A stretch of 62,065 nucleotides of DNA, from positions 12,853 through 74,917 of the forward strand of contig CAZCQG010000005.1 in the NCBI GenBank assembly GCA_964500775.1, in the 5' to 3' direction. The notes below the pieces were generated by a model, which was not told the origin of the DNA, did no database searches, and worked only from the letters and a program-made list of their open reading frames with translations. Positions 1-10,310 of the stretch are shown here, in pieces; position 1 is the first letter of the stretch; every line of letters starts with the position of its first letter. Made by a program: the position numbers and the translations under genes. The stretch comes from an uncultured Campylobacterales bacterium (GTDB lineage: Bacteria; Campylobacterota; Campylobacteria; Campylobacterales; CAZCQG01).

Positions 1-105
1 TCATCTTTATTTCACTCCTTTTTGAACAAGTCCAAAAAGGACTCCTCGGCGGAGTGCCCACGCGCAGTGAGCCGCGCTTGAAAATTTTCCATTCTCAATT
101 CTCCA

Positions 106-1047
106 TTATTCATCAACAAACGCCATCTCCTCGGCTCTTTGTAGCAGTTCGCGTGCCCCTTTGCCTAGTGCCTCTTCGGCGAGTTTTTTGCCGATAGTTT
201 TGTAGTCGCTTCTTTGTCCTACGGTTGCTAGCTCTAGCGATTCGCTCCCATCAGGCAAACCGATAATGGCATCTACTTTGACGCTTTCCCCCTCTACCTT
301 GGCAAAAACACCGATAGGGACTTGGCATCCACCCTCTAACGCCTTGACGAATTCTCTCTCGATCGTCGTCTCTATCACCGTCGTTTCGTCGTTGAGTTTT
401 TGGGTGAGCGCATAGGCGTAGCTCCCCTCTTTGACTTCGATTCCAAGGGCGGCTTGCCCCATAGCGGGGGTCATTATTTTTGTATCTACGGGGACGCAGA
501 CTTTGAGGTCGGATTCGATACCAAGTCGCCTGATGCCTGCGTACGCAAGGATGATGGCATCAAACTCTCCGTCCTCTAATTTTTTGAGCCGTGTTTGGAC
601 GTTGCCTCGGAGCGATTTAGTGCGGAGGTCTTTTCTGTACCGCTTGAGTTGCATTTGTCGGCGTAAAGAGGTCGTCCCGATGAGGGCGTTTTGCGGGAGG
701 TCGTCGATGCTCGCATACTTGATAGAGACAAACGCATCGCGCGGATCTTCCCGCTTGGTGATGGCGCTAAGTACTAATGTTTCGGGGAGCTCGACGGGAA
801 CGTCTTTGAGCGAATGAACGGCAATATCTACGCTACCGCTTAGCATCTCCTCTTCGATCTCTTTGGTAAAAAGCCCCTTACCGCCGATCTTGGCTAGCGG
901 CGTATCGAGTATCTTGTCTCCCGTGGTCTTTATGATATTTATCTCCACGCTTAGCCCTTCTTCCATCGCTTCTAGCCTAGCCTTGATATGCTCCGCTTGC
1001 CAAAGGGCAAGCTTGCTTCCCCGTGTACCGATTACCAATTTATTCAT
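106..1047 (-). CDS. hemC: Hydroxymethylbilane synthase (porphobilinogen deaminase)
   Basis: N-terminal [48 protein letters not shown] and cofactor-binding [10 protein letters not shown] motifs. Confidence 0.97.
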   Translation of the reverse strand: MNKLVIGTRGSKLALWQAEHIKARLEAMEEGLSVEINIIKTTGDKILDTPLAKIGGKGLFTKEIEEEMLSGSVDIAVHSLKDVPVELPETLVLSAITKREDPRDAFVSIKYASIDDLPQNALIGTTSLRRQMQLKRYRKDLRTKSLRGNVQTRLKKLEDGEFDAIILAYAGIRRLGIESDLKVCVPVDTKIMTPAMGQAALGIEVKEGSYAYALTQKLNDETTVIETTIEREFVKALEGGCQVPIGVFAKVEGESVKVDAIIGLPDGSESLELATVGQRSDYKTIGKKLAEEALGKGARELLQRAEEMAFVDE

Positions 1048-1468
1048 TCATATCCTTATTGCTCTTTTTCTCTATCACTTCGACGTCGATTATCGTCTCG
1101 TCTTTTTTATACGAATCGTGCGCCCTTTTTACAAATCTCTCTCTTAACAAAAAATGTCCTAGCGGCGCGGCTAAGAATCCTACTTGAAATACTATCCCCA
1201 AAATGTCGGTGAAGAATCCGGGGACTATCAATAAAAAGGCTCCGAGAGCAGAGAAGAGATTGAGTGCGCTAAACTCCTCCTCGCTAATTTTTCGCTCCCG
1301 TAAAAGCTGCATCGTTTGCATCGCTCCGTACCTGAAGTTTGCCAAGATAAAAAACCCGACCAATGCGCTCAAGATAATCTCCAAAAATGTTAAGAATCCG
1401 CCAAGCGCGCTCGCAAACGCGGTACTTATCATCACCTCTAAAAATAGGTAAATGATGAAATATATCAA
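1040..1468 (-). CDS. fxsA: FxsA family membrane protein
   Basis: Hydrophobic 142 aa with [16 protein letters not shown] signature; overlaps proS stop and hemC start. Confidence 0.85.
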   Translation of the reverse strand: MIYFIIYLFLEVMISTAFASALGGFLTFLEIILSALVGFFILANFRYGAMQTMQLLRERKISEEEFSALNLFSALGAFLLIVPGFFTDILGIVFQVGFLAAPLGHFLLRERFVKRAHDSYKKDETIIDVEVIEKKSNKDMNE

Positions 1469-3180
1469 TAGAGCCTCTTTAGTATCTCTTCAAATGCAAC
1501 ATCGCTTTTGATTTTTATTTTTTCGAGATTCTCACGCTCTACCAATTCCACCTCTCCCTCGGCTAGTCCTTTACCGACCACTACGCCAAGAGGAATCCCG
1601 ACAAGCTCGAAATCCGCCATCTTCGCGCCGTATCTATCATCTCTATCATCAAGCAAAACCTCTACGCCGCGCGCTTTAAGATCGGCGTAAAGTCGCTCGG
1701 CAAATGCACTTTGTGATTCGTCTTTGATATTTGAGACGATGATGCTCACGGCAAACGGGGAAGATTCTTTGCTCCAAATGCAGCCGCGTGCATCGTGTCG
1801 TTGCTCGATGATAGCGCTTATTAGTCGGCTCACGCCGATGCCGTATGTCCCCATTACGAAGTCTTTGGCTTTCCCGTCGCGATCTAAAAATCGCGCCTCA
1901 AGCGGTTCGCTATAGCGTGTCCCGAGTTGGAAGATGTGTCCTACTTCGATTCCTTTTTTGTATTCTAACTCATGCCCGCACACCACGCACGAATCTCCCG
2001 CTTTCACTTCGCAAAGGTCATCATACACAAGCCCTTCAAATTGGCTCAAATCCGCACCCACAAAATGGTAGTCTTTTTCGTTTGCGCCGCATACGAGATT
2101 CTTCGCATCGCGTAGCGACTCATCAAAGACGAATAATCCATCTTCTACGAAAGTTTTGAGCGCATACGGTCCAATAAATCCCGCAGCTAGTCCAAAACCG
2201 GACAACTCCTCTTCTGTTATATCGCCTAACTCGTTGGCATTTACGCTATTTGTCGCTTTGACCTCTTGGAGATCATCGCTCCCGCGCAAGAAAAAGAAGG
2301 CGGGTTTTCTCTCCGCATCAAAATACGCCCATTTGGCGACGCACTTGATGATGTAATAAGGATCGACCTTCAAGAAATCACTCACCTCTTCGATACTTTT
2401 TACATTCGGGGTCGTAAATTTTGCGAAATCGGCGATCGGCGCTTCGCACGGAGGATGCGGCTCCATCCTTTTTGCAGCCTCGATATTTGCGGCATAATCG
2501 CAATGTTTACATACCGCCAACGTATCTTCGCCGCTCTCGCTTAGCACCATAAATTCCTTACTCCCGCTCCCGCCTATCGCACCGCTATCGGCTTCTACTA
2601 CTCTAAAATCGAGTCCGAGGCGCATAAATATCTTCCGATAGGTTTCCTCCATCAATGCAAACTCGCGTTGCATATCTTCGACGCTTTCATGGAAACTATA
2701 CCCATCTTTCATCACAAATTCTCGCGCACGCATAAGTCCAAATCTCGGGCGCATCTCATCACGGAATTTCGTATTTATTTGGTAGAGATTGAGCGGCAGG
2801 TCTTTGTAGCTTTTAGCACGCTCTTTGACGAGCTCCACCATCATCTCTTCATGCGTAGGGCCGAGGACGAAAAGATTCTCTTTTCTATCTTTAAATCTAA
2901 GTAGCTCCTTGCCGTATTTCTCAAACCTTTTGGACTGCATCCACAGCTCCGCAGGGGTGACAAAACCGAGTATCGCCTCTTGCGCTCCGGCATTGTTAAG
3001 CTCTTCTTTGACCACTTTTTTTATGTTTTCAAGTACGCGCAATCCTAGCGGCATAAAGTTATATATCCCGCTTCCCACTTGTGCTATAAACCCGCCGCGA
3101 ACCAAATATTCGTGGCTTTTGAGCGTAGCGTCTTTCGGTGCTTCTTTGAGTGTGGGGGCAAATAGTTTTTTATATCTCAT
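1465..3180 (-). CDS. proS: Proline--tRNA ligase
   Basis: [52 protein letters not shown]; 571 aa with editing insertion. Confidence 0.97.
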   Translation of the reverse strand: MRYKKLFAPTLKEAPKDATLKSHEYLVRGGFIAQVGSGIYNFMPLGLRVLENIKKVVKEELNNAGAQEAILGFVTPAELWMQSKRFEKYGKELLRFKDRKENLFVLGPTHEEMMVELVKERAKSYKDLPLNLYQINTKFRDEMRPRFGLMRAREFVMKDGYSFHESVEDMQREFALMEETYRKIFMRLGLDFRVVEADSGAIGGSGSKEFMVLSESGEDTLAVCKHCDYAANIEAAKRMEPHPPCEAPIADFAKFTTPNVKSIEEVSDFLKVDPYYIIKCVAKWAYFDAERKPAFFFLRGSDDLQEVKATNSVNANELGDITEEELSGFGLAAGFIGPYALKTFVEDGLFVFDESLRDAKNLVCGANEKDYHFVGADLSQFEGLVYDDLCEVKAGDSCVVCGHELEYKKGIEVGHIFQLGTRYSEPLEARFLDRDGKAKDFVMGTYGIGVSRLISAIIEQRHDARGCIWSKESSPFAVSIIVSNIKDESQSAFAERLYADLKARGVEVLLDDRDDRYGAKMADFELVGIPLGVVVGKGLAEGEVELVERENLEKIKIKSDVAFEEILKRLY

Positions 3181-3186
3181 AAAATC

Positions 3187-4491
3187 TTATTCCTCTTTGT
3201 GTTTTAAGTGTTCTTCGCATTTGTATTTATTGAGCATCAGAATCTCTTTATCGATTCCAAACAAAAGTTTGACCGCTTCGACCACCATATCGGCTTTTGG
3301 GTCATCCGCCATCTCTTTAAGTTTTTTGGTCGGATCGTGGAGAAAAGAGTTGAAAGCGTTGTGTATCACTTTTTTTACCGCATCTTCCATCTCTGAAGGG
3401 ATATGCCCTTTGGCGAGTGCTTTTTGTAACTCTTTGATGCTTGATTCCTTGGCAAGGTCTCGCATCGCTTTGATGATAGGGTCTACCGACATGGACTGCA
3501 TCCATTTGTAAAACTCCATCGTGTAGCGTCCCACGATACCGTATGCCGCTTTTGCCTGCTCTTCGCGGAGACTCATATTTTTACTGACGATGTCTTTGAG
3601 GTCATCGACGTAGAAGATATTTATATTTGCATCTTTGATCGTATCGATGTCTCTCGGGACTGCCATATCAAACCAAAATCTGTTGAAACTTTTTTGCTCC
3701 ACCATATCACTAGTGATGATGGTATGCGGAGCACCCGTGGCGGTGAAGAGAATCTTGTATCTATTGATAAGCTCTTTTATCTTATCAAGCGGCTCGACGG
3801 AAATAATGTTTTTATATTCGCTTGAAAGCTCTTTTGCTTTCTCCACGTCTCTATTAACGACGACGACGTTACACCCGAGATTTGCGAGATGCTTGATAGC
3901 GAGCAGTCCCATCTCCCCTATCCCTATGACTATCGCCACATCGCCGCCTAGCTCACCCATAAGCGCTTTGGCTTTCGCTACCGCCGCGCTCGCTACCGAG
4001 ACGGGGTTTTTCGAGATGTCGGTCGTGTTGCGTACCTCGGCGGCACATTTGAAAGCAAAATGCATCGCACGGGAGAGTTTTTGGGAGCAGAAACCGTTCT
4101 CAAACGCGAATTTAAACGCATCCTTCAGCTGTCCTGCGATTTGCGTCTCACCGACGACCAACGAATCTAGACTGCTTGCAACGCTAAAGAGATGGTGCAA
4201 CGCGCCGTTATCCTCAAACACATCACCTCGCCCCTCTAGCTCCTCTATACTTATGTCCGAATTTTTATGGAGGAGTTTAAATATCGTCTTGGAAGCTTTA
4301 ATAGGATTTTTTACGCTTGCGATGATCTCTACTCTGTTGCACGTAGAGAGGATGATAGCTTCGTTGATATTTTCGCAGTCATTGAGCTTATTCAGTCCTG
4401 CTTTGAGCTTTTCTTCGTTATTGAATGCGAGTTTTTCACGTATGGAGAGATCGCTGTTTTTGTGTGAGTAGCTAATCACTAAATAATGCAT
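3187..4491 (-). CDS. hemA: Glutamyl-tRNA reductase
   Basis: LSTCNRVE catalytic Cys, SLDSLVVGETQIAGQ, GIGEMG, DMAVPRDID. Confidence 0.97.
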   Translation of the reverse strand: MHYLVISYSHKNSDLSIREKLAFNNEEKLKAGLNKLNDCENINEAIILSTCNRVEIIASVKNPIKASKTIFKLLHKNSDISIEELEGRGDVFEDNGALHHLFSVASSLDSLVVGETQIAGQLKDAFKFAFENGFCSQKLSRAMHFAFKCAAEVRNTTDISKNPVSVASAAVAKAKALMGELGGDVAIVIGIGEMGLLAIKHLANLGCNVVVVNRDVEKAKELSSEYKNIISVEPLDKIKELINRYKILFTATGAPHTIITSDMVEQKSFNRFWFDMAVPRDIDTIKDANINIFYVDDLKDIVSKNMSLREEQAKAAYGIVGRYTMEFYKWMQSMSVDPIIKAMRDLAKESSIKELQKALAKGHIPSEMEDAVKKVIHNAFNSFLHDPTKKLKEMADDPKADMVVEAVKLLFGIDKEILMLNKYKCEEHLKHKEE

Positions 4492-5387
4492 TAAAATTCC
4501 CTCTCTATCATATCTCGCACCACCCCTTGGAGTTTTTCTACGTTTTCGCCCGCTACTGCTTCGATCGCCTCATATCCGAGTTTTTTTGCGTATTCTATGC
4601 TTTTTTGTATTGCTTTTGTATTATAAAGGGTCTCTTTGAGCCACTTTTCTTCTTCTTTATCGCATTTTTTACGGAATAGACTTTCTAAGTGTTTTTTCTC
4701 TTCAGTCCCGAGCGCTTCATAGGCGTAGATATACGGAAGGGTGGTTTTCCCCTCTACAAAGTCGTTCATACTCGGTTTTCCTAGCTTTTGGGAATCTTGG
4801 GTCACGTCAAGTATGTCATCAACTATCTGAAACGCCAAGCCGAGATTCTTGCCGTAGATTCCAAACTTCTTTACGTCCCTATTGCTTAGGAGTGCTGCGC
4901 TTATTGCGCTTGATTCGATGAGTGAGGCGGTTTTTTTATAGATCATCTCCATATACATTGCGGTGTCGGTATTGAAACCCTCTCCCATCTTCACATCCAT
5001 CAACTCTCCCACCGAGAGCTTGATGACCGCGCTGGAGATCTCTTGCGCTATCGCCGTATCTATTTTAGTAAGTTCAAAAAATGCTTTTGAGTAGAGGACA
5101 TCGCCGAACATTATGGCGTTTTTATTGCCGTAGAGTGCATTGAGCGATTCCTCACCCCTGCGGGTAGTCGCGTCGTCTATTACGTCATCGTGCAGTAGCG
5201 ATGCGGCGTGTATCATCTCCACTATAGCACAAAGATTTACGCTCGCTTCATTCGCACCTGCTATGCCGAGGATAAGCTTACTGCGCAACATTTTGCCTTT
5301 GGGAAGTTTTTTGAGAAGTTCTTGGTTGTAGGGGTAGCCTAGCTCTTGAATGTATAAAGATATTTTATTTTGAATAGTCTCTAGCAT
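4491..5387 (-). CDS. ispB: Polyprenyl (octaprenyl-like) diphosphate synthase
   Basis: EMIHAASLLHDDVID..RRG (first Asp-rich motif) and FQIVDDILD (second), GKPSMNDFVEGK. Confidence 0.9.
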   Translation of the reverse strand: MLETIQNKISLYIQELGYPYNQELLKKLPKGKMLRSKLILGIAGANEASVNLCAIVEMIHAASLLHDDVIDDATTRRGEESLNALYGNKNAIMFGDVLYSKAFFELTKIDTAIAQEISSAVIKLSVGELMDVKMGEGFNTDTAMYMEMIYKKTASLIESSAISAALLSNRDVKKFGIYGKNLGLAFQIVDDILDVTQDSQKLGKPSMNDFVEGKTTLPYIYAYEALGTEEKKHLESLFRKKCDKEEEKWLKETLYNTKAIQKSIEYAKKLGYEAIEAVAGENVEKLQGVVRDMIEREF

Positions 5388-5394
5388 GGCACTC

Positions 5395-5808
5395 CTAGTA
5401 AATAATATCGAGCTTGTCGCTCGGCGCGCGGAATCGAAACTCTAGCGTCGCGGTCTTATTTTTCCTCTCATACTCTTTAAAGCTTAACAACATAAAGGGC
5501 GCTTCTTCATACGCACCGTTTGCGCGCAAGAGTTTGAGTTTGTAGCTCTCCCTTTGATGATCTTTATAAAGGACAAACTGTTTTACAAAACCATCGTATT
5601 TCAGGACAACGACCAGTCCGCTATTTTTGTATAATGTCCAATGAAATACGATATTTTTGCTTTCGGTATTGAGATTGAGCTTGATGGTAAACTCTTGATC
5701 TTTTTTGAGGGTGATCTCACCGCTCTTTTGCCAATATCCGGCAACTTCGGCACTGCTTTGCAAACAAAGCGTACCGAGCAAAAACAGAAAAAAGAAAAAC
5801 CTATTCAT
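5395..5808 (-). CDS. Exported hypothetical protein
   Basis: Signal-peptide-like N-terminus; overlaps the upstream gene stop; in operon with ispB/hemA. Confidence 0.7.
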   Translation of the reverse strand: MNRFFFFLFLLGTLCLQSSAEVAGYWQKSGEITLKKDQEFTIKLNLNTESKNIVFHWTLYKNSGLVVVLKYDGFVKQFVLYKDHQRESYKLKLLRANGAYEEAPFMLLSFKEYERKNKTATLEFRFRAPSDKLDIIY

Positions 5809-6061
5809 TTTGGCTAAGAATCGAAGCCATCATATCCATATAATAGTTTTTCACGCCCGAATCAAGTGTGTTTTCTTCGTCAAATATGAGCGCCAACACC
5901 TCTTTATCGAGATCTTGAAACTTATCTTGCGCGAGCATCTCAAGCGCTACGCATCTTTTTACGAGCTTATCTATCTCGGAGATACAAAGTTCTCTATTGG
6001 CGTTATAAAGGATGTCAAAAAATTTGTCCTTGGGCGTACCCTCGAAAATATCGTCAAACAT
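5801..6061 (-). CDS. DUF2018 family protein
   Basis: MFDDIFEGTPKDKFFDILYNAN start and ILSQNE end recalled as typical of this Campylobacterota family; usual position upstream of ispB-hemA. Confidence 0.75.
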   Translation of the reverse strand: MFDDIFEGTPKDKFFDILYNANRELCISEIDKLVKRCVALEMLAQDKFQDLDKEVLALIFDEENTLDSGVKNYYMDMMASILSQNE

Positions 6062-6090
6062 ATCTCACCTTCTGTAAAAAAAGTAACTTA

Positions 6091-6411
6091 CCGATGTTAC
6101 GCACACATAGGGGCAAAGCTCCTATGTGTGGCAGGGACACCCTCGGCTATGCTTTCGCATATAGCCATCGGTTTCAAAGCTAAAAAAGCCAAGCAGTTGG
6201 CTTTTTGTATACGCTTTTCACCCTTGCAACCCCCTAAAGCTACCCGCTGAAGCGGGAGATTCAAGCAGTTTCGCACTTAACCCCTGAAGTCAAGTCAAGC
6301 GATACCCTTTATCCCGTGCGGTCAAAGCTTTAGCTTTGGGTACTGCTCGTGGATAACCGGGACTAAAGCTTGACTTGACTTCAGGGGTTAACAACAAGTG
6401 CGTAACATCAG
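6091..6411. mobile_element. MITE-like non-coding element with terminal inverted repeats and multiple internal hairpins
   Basis: GATGTTACGCAC (6093-6104) is the exact reverse complement of 6398-6409. Flanking direct repeat AGTAACTTA at 6082-6090 and 6410-6418. Perfect 24 bp internal inverted repeat 6277-6300 / 6368-6391. 10 bp stems at 6102-6130 and 6183-6206. Confidence 0.7.
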
Positions 6412-6434
6412 TAACTTAGTGTAGCAAAATGTAG

Positions 6435-7733
6435 CTATTTTAATCGAAATCGCACCGACTTTTCGTGTGCTTCAAGCCCCTCTGCGCTTGCAAATGCAGC
6501 GCAATCCTCACCGAGTTCGTTAATAGCTTCATCGGAGAAATAGATGACCGAGCTTTTTTTCATAAAATGCTCTGTCCCGAGCGGCGAATAAAATCGTGCC
6601 GTACCGCCGGTGGGCAAGGTGTGATTGGGTCCTGCCATATAGTCGCCGATAGGTTCGGGGGTGTTTTTACCGATGAATATGGCTCCTGCATTTTTGATCC
6701 TCGGAAGGACATCGAGGTGATTTTCTACCATCAACTCCAAGTGTTCGGGGGCGATTTTATTCATAAGGGCGATGGATTCTTGCAAATCCTCGGTAATGAG
6801 AATCGCACCGCGGTTGTAGATCGATTTTTCGGCGATCTCTTTGCGGTTTAGCTCTACGACGAGGGTATCGATCCAGTCGGAAACTTTTTGTGCCAATTCC
6901 ACGGAATCGGTCGCAAGAATCGAGCTTGCCATCTCGTCGTGTTCTGCTTGCGAGAGGAGATCGATGGCGATGAGGCGCGGGTCGGCTTTGGAATCGGCAA
7001 TGATTCCTATCTCGCTAGGTCCCGCGATCATATCGATATTCACTTCGCCATAGACGAGTTTTTTCGCCGTCGCGACGTAGATATTACCCGGACCCGTGAT
7101 GACATCGACCTTCGGGATAGATGCCGTCCCGTATGCCAGCGCCCCCACTGCGCTTGCGCCGCCGACTTTAAATACGGTATCTATCTTGCAGATGTGGCAC
7201 GCGGCTAGGAGAAGCTCATTCACCTCCCCTTCCATCGCAGGCGTGGTGACTACTATCTCCTCCACTCCCGCTACGAGCGCCGGAATAGCGTTCATCAGAA
7301 GCGAGCTAGGATATGCCGCTTTGCCGCCGGGGATATAGAGACCCGCTTTTTCCACAGGGGTTACTTTTTGTCCGAGAATCGAGCCGTTCTCTTCGTAGTG
7401 CATAAAACTGCGCGGTTTTTGGAGTTCGTGGAATCTCCATATCCGCTCATACGCCGTGTGGATCGCTTTTTTGAGCTTTTCGTCGGTGTTTTTATAGGCT
7501 TTGAGTATGTCGGCTTTATCGACTTTGAGCGCATTTGCGTCGGAAGGATTCCATCTATCAAACCTCGCGATTTGCGCTATGAGCGCGCTATCGCCTTGAG
7601 TTTTGACTTCGTCGAGTATCGTTTTGACGCGCCCCTCGACTTCGCTCATATCCACGCCGCCGCGACCCAAAAGCTCTTCAAATTCGGCTTTGAAGTTTTC
7701 GTTGTTCGTGTAGATAAATTTTATTTTTTCCAT
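6435..7733 (-). CDS. hisD: Histidinol dehydrogenase
   Basis: GLYIPGGKAAYPSS, IDMIAGPSE, LLSQAEHD, APEHLEL, GDYMAGPNHTLPTGG. Confidence 0.97.
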   Translation of the reverse strand: MEKIKFIYTNNENFKAEFEELLGRGGVDMSEVEGRVKTILDEVKTQGDSALIAQIARFDRWNPSDANALKVDKADILKAYKNTDEKLKKAIHTAYERIWRFHELQKPRSFMHYEENGSILGQKVTPVEKAGLYIPGGKAAYPSSLLMNAIPALVAGVEEIVVTTPAMEGEVNELLLAACHICKIDTVFKVGGASAVGALAYGTASIPKVDVITGPGNIYVATAKKLVYGEVNIDMIAGPSEIGIIADSKADPRLIAIDLLSQAEHDEMASSILATDSVELAQKVSDWIDTLVVELNRKEIAEKSIYNRGAILITEDLQESIALMNKIAPEHLELMVENHLDVLPRIKNAGAIFIGKNTPEPIGDYMAGPNHTLPTGGTARFYSPLGTEHFMKKSSVIYFSDEAINELGEDCAAFASAEGLEAHEKSVRFRLK

Positions 7734-7734
7734 A

Positions 7735-8802
7735 TCACTTCTGTGCCTCTTTTTCTTTTTTCTTATTCTCTTTGTCGATTCTAGCTCTGATAATCTTCCC
7801 TTTGTCTTTGGCGTGTTGCTGCATATCGACTACTTTATCCATCTCGTCGACTATCTCCACACCGAGCAATGTCTCAATAGCATCCTCTAATGTTACGATG
7901 CCCGATGTCTGCCCATAGCTATCGTGCACCAAAAAGAGGTGTTCTTTCCTCTTGACAAAAAGATCTATGAGGTTCAAAACAGGGATATTTTCACTCACCA
8001 TAAACACGGGTACGGCGATTTCGCGGAGAGTTTTCTGCTCAAAGCCGTCCACGCTCTCTTCAAGTATGCTTTGGTTAAAGACCATCCCTACGACGTTATC
8101 GAGATTCCCTTCATAGATAGGAATCCGAGAGTGCATATACATTTGGTCTTCCTCGATAGCATCGACGATTTTTACATCTGCTTCAAACGCAAATACGACG
8201 CTTCGAGGGGTCAAAATATCTTTCGCTTTGAAATTTTTCAACTCCAAAAGGTTTTCTATGAGATCCGATTCTTTGCTATGTAAACTCCCTTGCTTCTCCC
8301 CCATCTCAGCAAATGCCAATATCTCCTCGCGGGATATGCCGTCTTTTGAATCTTTTTTTATAAAATGGGTGATAAACCCCGAAAGATACACTAGCGGATA
8401 GGTGAGCTTTCGCAAGAAAAATATCATATGAAACGCAGGAATCACAAGGCTTTTCCAATATGTCGCCCCTATAGTCTTAGGGATGATTTCGGAGAAATAG
8501 AGGATGGCTAGCGTAAGCCCTACGGCTATGAAAGTCTGCCACTCTAGACCGAAAAGCTTCACGCTCTGTGCCCCTACTCCAGCTGCGCCGAGGGTATTTG
8601 CAAAGGTGTTTACCACGAGTATCGAAGAGATGGAGCGATCCAGATTTCCTTTGACCTCTTTGGAGGTTTTGCTAAAAGATTCGTTATCTTTTGTGAGTGT
8701 TTCTAGGTATGACTGGGTGGAGCTAAGCAGTATCGCTTCTAACAATGAACATATAAACGAAATGCCTATAGTAAGACTTAAATATATAATAAAAAGGGTC
8801 AT
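7735..8802 (-). CDS. CNNM (DUF21)-CBS domain membrane protein, CorC/hemolysin-like
   Basis: SFICSLLEAILLS, LYFSEIIPKTIG, ILTPR, HSRIPIY, GIVTLEDAIETLLGVEIVDE. Confidence 0.88.
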   Translation of the reverse strand: MTLFIIYLSLTIGISFICSLLEAILLSSTQSYLETLTKDNESFSKTSKEVKGNLDRSISSILVVNTFANTLGAAGVGAQSVKLFGLEWQTFIAVGLTLAILYFSEIIPKTIGATYWKSLVIPAFHMIFFLRKLTYPLVYLSGFITHFIKKDSKDGISREEILAFAEMGEKQGSLHSKESDLIENLLELKNFKAKDILTPRSVVFAFEADVKIVDAIEEDQMYMHSRIPIYEGNLDNVVGMVFNQSILEESVDGFEQKTLREIAVPVFMVSENIPVLNLIDLFVKRKEHLFLVHDSYGQTSGIVTLEDAIETLLGVEIVDEMDKVVDMQQHAKDKGKIIRARIDKENKKKEKEAQK

Positions 8803-9004
8803 CTTAAAGGCTCATCGTAAAAGTATCGGATAAAAATGAATAGTGCGGTAATGCGGTTTGTGTTGAAGATGCGGCATAGCCGCTACGACTGTAAGGTTCC
8901 AAGAAAAAAGTTTACTCCCGTTTGTGAATATAAAATGTGCAAGATTATACTTGTATTCATTTGAATTTGAAATTAAATAAAATTTTGTCGTAATCGAACG
9001 CTGC

Positions 9005-10279
9005 TCAAATTACCAATAGTGCGATGTTTCTTTTGTTTTGTTTATCAAAATCCTCAATGCACGCGCCTATCTCCCCCGTAACTTTTGCGGTATGCTCTAA
9101 AAGTGTTTTTAGGTTTAAAAAAAGGTGTGCGATGTCCTCGCCCCTCTGCCCCAAGAGAGCTGCCTCTATCTGCCCGTAAACCTCTATATAGTCAAGGTAA
9201 ACAAACGAGCGCTCAAATTCGTGTAAAATAAACCCGATGTCACGCGCAATCCCGTTAAAACTAGCGAGGATTCCCTTGCTTATACTTGAATACTTTTCAA
9301 TCGCCTCCTCTAGTACCGCCAAAAGAGGTTGGTCTGCCGTCTCATTTAATGTCTCATCTTCTTGTAGCGTATTGAGGTGTTTGTTGCCCATAGTGCTTTG
9401 GAGTATTACCGCGACGATAGAGAGTATCAGCTTATCAATATCCGAAGTGGCGTTTTCAAACTTCAAATCCAATTTTTTTACCAAGTCGGCATTTGAAGCC
9501 GAAACCTCGCCTATCTCCCCTGCTAATACCGAAAATACATCCCTCGAATTCTCTATTTTTTGCGATTTTACCGAAGTATTTAAGGCAAGAAACAATATCT
9601 CTTTCGATATTGAAACGATAGAGCGAGAACTTTTGCCGAGTGTCTCTTTGTAAAGCAAATAATTTTTCAGCGTTTCAAATGAGGAAAAGAAATTTTCTTC
9701 CGTGACACGCATTTTATGAAATAGTTTTTCCGTATCATTTTTTCCGCTCCCGCTTCGTACGGATGAGCGATGTACCGACTGAAACTCCTCCAATAAAACA
9801 TTGGTCATAAACTCATCATAATCCTTAATCCCGAAGCCTCGCAGGCTATCGACTATAAAATCTAACGATGCCTCCACCCCTTGCTCTTTTTCAATCTCCA
9901 AAGCGGATTTATATAAATCTTCGGCGATTTTTTGGAAGTGTGTTTGAGGTTTTATACGTATCGACAAATAGCACTCTTGCAAAGGAAACACGAATGCTAG
10001 TACCCAATAGTACCTGCCGCTTTTGGAGCGATTTTTTACGTATGCGGCTATGGGCTTATCGTTTTGGATATAGTCCCATAAAAGTTTGAAAACCGCTTTA
10101 GGCATATCTCTGTGCCTGATAATGTTGTGGGGGGCACCGACTAATTCCTCTTTATCATACCCGCTGATGCGCACAAATACGTCATTGCCGTCTATGATCG
10201 TACCTGCTTTATCCGTATACGAAAAAAATAGCTCATCTTCCCCGAAAAGTTCCTCTTCTTCCAAATAAATATCTTCCAA
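9005..10279 (-). CDS. Soluble Aer-like PAS-domain chemoreceptor with divergent signalling domain
   Basis: N-terminal SYTDKAGTII..NDVFVRISGY..EELVGAPHNIIRHRDMPK.VF..LW (Aer-type FAD PAS); C-terminal helical region with FLALNT..FSVLAGEI, only loosely like an MCP tip; TTG start. Confidence 0.75.
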   Translation of the reverse strand: MEDIYLEEEELFGEDELFFSYTDKAGTIIDGNDVFVRISGYDKEELVGAPHNIIRHRDMPKAVFKLLWDYIQNDKPIAAYVKNRSKSGRYYWVLAFVFPLQECYLSIRIKPQTHFQKIAEDLYKSALEIEKEQGVEASLDFIVDSLRGFGIKDYDEFMTNVLLEEFQSVHRSSVRSGSGKNDTEKLFHKMRVTEENFFSSFETLKNYLLYKETLGKSSRSIVSISKEILFLALNTSVKSQKIENSRDVFSVLAGEIGEVSASNADLVKKLDLKFENATSDIDKLILSIVAVILQSTMGNKHLNTLQEDETLNETADQPLLAVLEEAIEKYSSISKGILASFNGIARDIGFILHEFERSFVYLDYIEVYGQIEAALLGQRGEDIAHLFLNLKTLLEHTAKVTGEIGACIEDFDKQNKRNIALLVI

Positions 10280-10310
10280 ACTTTTCCGTCGCCTTGTTTT
10301 GTTAATTTTA

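Noticed and set aside
8803-8960. Leader of the CNNM gene with GGGAGTA and TCAACAC segments recalling a yybP-ykoY riboswitch
   Set aside because: The expected 3' GAGACC element and four-way junction could not be built by eye; needs an Infernal scan before any claim
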